64,000 nt of DNA from positions 9,419,812 to 9,483,811 of the forward strand of contig NC_092675.1 in the NCBI RefSeq assembly GCF_964355755.1. Reading direction: 5' to 3'. Both the position numbers and the translations under genes were made by a program. This document shows, piece by piece, positions 59,802 to 64,000 of the stretch. The notes under the pieces were generated by a model. It was not told the origin of the DNA and ran no database searches. It saw only the letters and a list, made by a program, of their open reading frames with translations. This DNA is from Antedon mediterranea (taxonomy: Eukaryota > Animalia > Echinodermata). Numbering within the stretch: the first letter of the stretch is position 1; every line of letters starts with the position of its first letter.

Positions 59802-61763
59802 AATCCGTCCATGATCTTACCATACACGGGAAGTAATTGTGAAGTGACGACTCTTTTCTCTTCCATCATAACAGATTAGTTCTAGTCTGCCATCATTTAT
59901 TCAGACAAATCGAGAAAAGAAAATAAATTGTTTCTGAAATGATATGCAATGAGTTAAGTGAAAAAAACCAACAATGACGTGCTGAATTTTGATATCCGAT
60001 AATGCTCATATTTTCAATTTAATTTGAGCATGATACCGTTGCCAGTCATCTCATTGAATTAAATAACCTGACACAGTAGTTAAAAGAATACGAAATAAGT
60101 AGATGTGTTTGTCAAACGTGATTATAGAAACAAAATGCGCGCATTTTATTAACTTTGATGTTTTCAGGCACAGTAAACATTTCACTATACGCTTAAGTAA
60201 TACCTAATAATATACACTAATGGAGAAATAGAAGTTGCCAATCCTGGTGATAGACCTAGTACATTACACGCCAGCTGATGGAGGATGCAGCGCGTAAAAC
60301 ATTAATTTAGTGTATCTTATTGAATTGTAATAAATTGTTGTAATTAACCGTATACGATAGACTTAATTTAGTTTTTGATGTTTAATGGCATGACATAAAG
60401 TAAATAGAAAAACACCACATGACCAAAGCTGATATTATAATTATTCTCAATGTAATATATGTTAGGCCTGGCCTACGCTTTTAAATTATGTGAAAGAGTA
60501 AATGGGTTTTAGGATAGGCCTACAGTCTGATTTAAAAACTAAGTTAAATTTATACCTTATATAAGATTAGCAATAACATAAGCAGTATTTGGTGCCAATT
60601 TCCTTTTATATGAACTATTTTTTTTTTATTTTAATGAAATTTAATGAATGTAAATTTCTAAATTATTATATATTAATTTTAACTTTTAAAATCTGTTGTA
60701 TCATTATGTTTAAATGTTGTAAAGCTACCCTAAATAAATATATAGTATTATAACATATTAATAGTATTTCTGGTATTTAGGCCTTTTTGTGGCTTGGAGT
60801 TTGCTTTTAGTTTAATGAAACTTTAAATCTATCAAATTATATCATATTTTGAAACTGTAATTATAAGATGTGATTAGTTAATAGTTAAAAGGTGTTAAAT
60901 ATATATAAGTTTTTAATTTCCTTTATACAAAGCGTTATCCTATAGATCGCTTTTATGTATTAATTTCTTGTTGGAAATTTCTCTAATTACAAGTCTCCCG
61001 TCTTGATCAAGTTTTGGCGCCAACGATTTCTCGCGAATCGTCTGATTTAGTCTTCTTGAAACGACATCTATATCTTGATAAATGATGTTCAGAGTGTTTC
61101 TTAGGAAACAGCAGGGTTTCATGAAATTTCATAGCCATAATTTCAATAAAAGAAATAAATTATGTTCAAGGGATATCGTAAATAATAATGGCGATCCTAC
61201 TACACTGGTGTATTATGGGAAATCTAACAGAACATCGGCGACATTCAGACGAACGAAGTAATGATCCGAACCGGGAAGAATTAAAAGCGAATGAGCAAAA
61301 GACGAGAATTATATCGAAGTAAAGAGAACGCCAATAATGACAATGATGAGAGACAGACAGTAAATGACTCTAATTATATTAATATCAATAATCCATCAAT
61401 GTAGAAGAGCACTGTGTCGGTATCGTCTTTAAACATGTATCAGCCAGATGAACCTTAATACTAATCTAGTGTACTTATTTCTTGTAAGTGGGCCTTATAT
61501 ATTTTATAATCAAGTGGATTATAAATGACTAATTTTTGGAAAGTAATATTAATTATAAAATATGGACGTTTAAAATAATAAATTTCGTCTCTCAAGTGTG
61601 TTTTAAGTTGTTTACAACTGCGTACATCAATTTGGTTTGATCATTAATCATTGCAGGTAAAGGTTTTACAGTGAAACGTTTTTGTTTATTGTTTTCATTG
61701 TAGTAAATGAAAGTTCATATTCATATGATAATATATAATATAGTGTATTGTCATAAGCATGCA

Positions 61764-62495
61764 TATCATCATCATCATCATCATCATCTTTATCATAATC
61801 ATCATCAATAGCATTATCATCATCATCATCATCTACAGCAATATCATCATCATCATCATCATCGTAATCACTATCATCATCATCATTATCATAATCGCCA
61901 TTATCATGATCATCATCTTTATAATAATCTACAGCATTATCATCATCGCCATCATCATTATCATCATCAACATCATTATCATCATCGCCATTATCATCAT
62001 CATCATCTACAACATTATCATCATCAACAAAATTATCATCAACAACATCATCATCATCATCATCTACAGCATTATCATCATCAACAACATCATCATCTAC
62101 AGCAACATCATTATCATCATCATCTACAGCATTATCATCATCGCCATCCTCATCATCGTTATCACCATCATCAACATCATTATCATTATCATCATCATCA
62201 TCATCTACAGCATTATCATCATCGCCAACACCATCATCAACAACATTATCACCATCGTCATCATCACCACCATCATCATCATCATCATCGATATCATCAT
62301 CATCATCCACAACAGCATTATCATCACCACATCCTCATAGTCACCACCAGTAATAATCGTTATCATCAACATCTTTACCACCACCATCATCATCATCACC
62401 AGTCATTCACATAGTAACCACCAATAATAATAATTGTCATCATTATCATCGTCACCACCAGTCATCCTTGTAGTCACCACCAATAATATCACCAG
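61764..62495. repeat. Degenerate (ATC)n trinucleotide repeat
   Basis: ATC/ACC/AAC triplets with a recurring TCTACAGCATT sub-motif. Confidence 0.92.
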
Positions 62496-63605
62496 TATTT
62501 AATCAACCCCCGTATCATAATTGTCATGAGTCAGTATCCTCGCACTATAGTTTTTACCACCATACACCCCATCGTTCACCGTTCATTCACCTTATGAATT
62601 CACTGTTCACTTGAATAATGCCTTTAATGAATATTAAATATGTGCAAATAATTTCAATACAATATAAAACGAATTAGTTCCAATAAAGTATTTGTATAAA
62701 TTCAATTCGTTTATTTGATTATGCTCTCTATTTTGCACATTTTCCTAACAATATTATTAAATACAACAAACTGAATCGATTTATTTTCTAATCTTTGAAT
62801 ACGGTATCGTTTATTAATTCCAGCATTGTCCCTGGTAATTTTAGATTATTAATTTTATAATATGTTTTATTTATAAATACTATGGCCTTATTCTCAACCG
62901 ATATGCCTATTTGGAGAATTGATATCGGTAAATTTTATATTTTTATAAAACTCGAAAATAAGTAATAATTTTAAATATTTTGTAGTACTAGTAATGTCTG
63001 AGGTAAAATTCCCGATTTATTCAATACATGCAATTAAATACAGAATGTTTTATTGGAGTATCAGATCATTTTAAAGAAATAATAATAAGAGTCCACAATG
63101 ATAGTACTGTAGAGAATTAAGTATACTCGTATAAGACAGGTGTATCATTATGATAAGTGGAATGCGTAAACGGCAATATGAGAAGATCTGAAAGTGAAAG
63201 AGATCGCTCAAATTAGACTCCGTGGTTTTCTGTGTGATGATGATACTGATGCGCCGCGCCTTTATATGAATTCTTACAATTAGCGTAAAAGAATTTGAAT
63301 AAAAAAAGTTGGTTACATAAAATAAAACATATTCGTTCTAAGACAAAAACGTACAAAATATTAAAACCATAGGCCTAAAGTAAACATAGTTTATACTTAT
63401 ATAAAAATAATTAACATATAATTACCGGTATTTAACTGGACGGTGTCTTCTGCTATCATAACTTTTAAATAATTCATTTTAATTGATTTTTCTCCCGCAG
63501 TAACGATTTCAATAAGCCTACATAACGATTTGGTTTAAAAAATCAAATTAAGTCCTAGTCTGCATAATTAACAATGGTAAACATTATCTTATTTGTCCAA
63601 AGATT

Positions 63606-63632
63606 TATATATATATATATATATATATATAT
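63606..63632. repeat. (AT)n microsatellite
   Basis: Perfect TA run. Confidence 0.9.
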
Positions 63633-64000
63633 CTGCTGATTTGACAATAATTTAAATGAGTTAATCAAACAGTTTTATTAAATATGGTAAAATTATAATT
63701 AATTTAAAAAAAAAACATTTTTCTTCTTTCTTGACATTAAATATATTTAAACTGTTTAGTTATTTTAGTCTATGATGTAAGTAATCTCACTCTTTTGTGG
63801 TTTTATAGAATTCTACTATGATAATGCAATATCACACAAGGCCTACAGAAACAAATACGGCGAGTATGAAGTAAAAAAGGAGTTATGCTCGTCTTGTGTG
63901 TCGTCTTTAAGGCGGCGAGAGCGAGGAAGAGCGTGCAAGGAACGCGCTATGTACGAAAACTTTCATTAAAAACGAATTCAGAACAAACAATAAAAATAAT

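Noticed and set aside
59275-59869. Repetitive ORFs up to 182 aa
   Set aside because: Produced by a stop-free 53-bp tandem unit read in all frames.
61666-62310. 214-aa Asp-rich ORF resembling biomineral acidic proteins (and the opposite-strand poly-Ile ORF)
   Set aside because: A (GAT)n frame cannot gain a stop by one substitution and slips in triplets, so a long ORF is expected. No signal peptide and almost no GAC codons. RNA-seq could overturn this.
63860-64000. CpG-richer end of the window, possible promoter or 5' UTR
   Set aside because: Truncated by the window edge with no downstream gene visible.

Overview
AT-rich, repeat-dense animal genomic DNA with spliceosomal introns and no prokaryotic features. 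A marine invertebrate is likely, possibly an echinoderm (inference only). (1) 464-11622 is a four-level nest: an Academ-like long-TIR element contains a related long-TIR element, which contains a Helentron-type non-autonomous element, which contains an intact Ty3/Gypsy (Mag-like) LTR retrotransposon with identical 94-bp LTRs. (2) About 20.6-37.6 kb is a tandem cluster of 4-exon genes encoding predicted type II membrane proteins with a spongin short-chain-collagen (C4/NC1-like) Cys-rich domain but no collagen helix. It has two intact copies, one frameshifted copy and one 3' fragment, and the copies are mosaics of each other. A 68-bp minisatellite made of the last 12 codons, stop codon and start of the 3' UTR follows two of the copies (4 and 21 units). 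(3) The rest is non-autonomous DNA transposons with readable TIRs/TSDs, a LINE relic and many minisatellites. Paralog comparisons show TA>TAGGCCTA and TA>TACAGTA micro-insertions that look like excision footprints. No RNA genes or CRISPR arrays were seen. No new system is proven; the gene cluster and the footprints are the best leads. Family names come from recalled structural hallmarks, not database searches.
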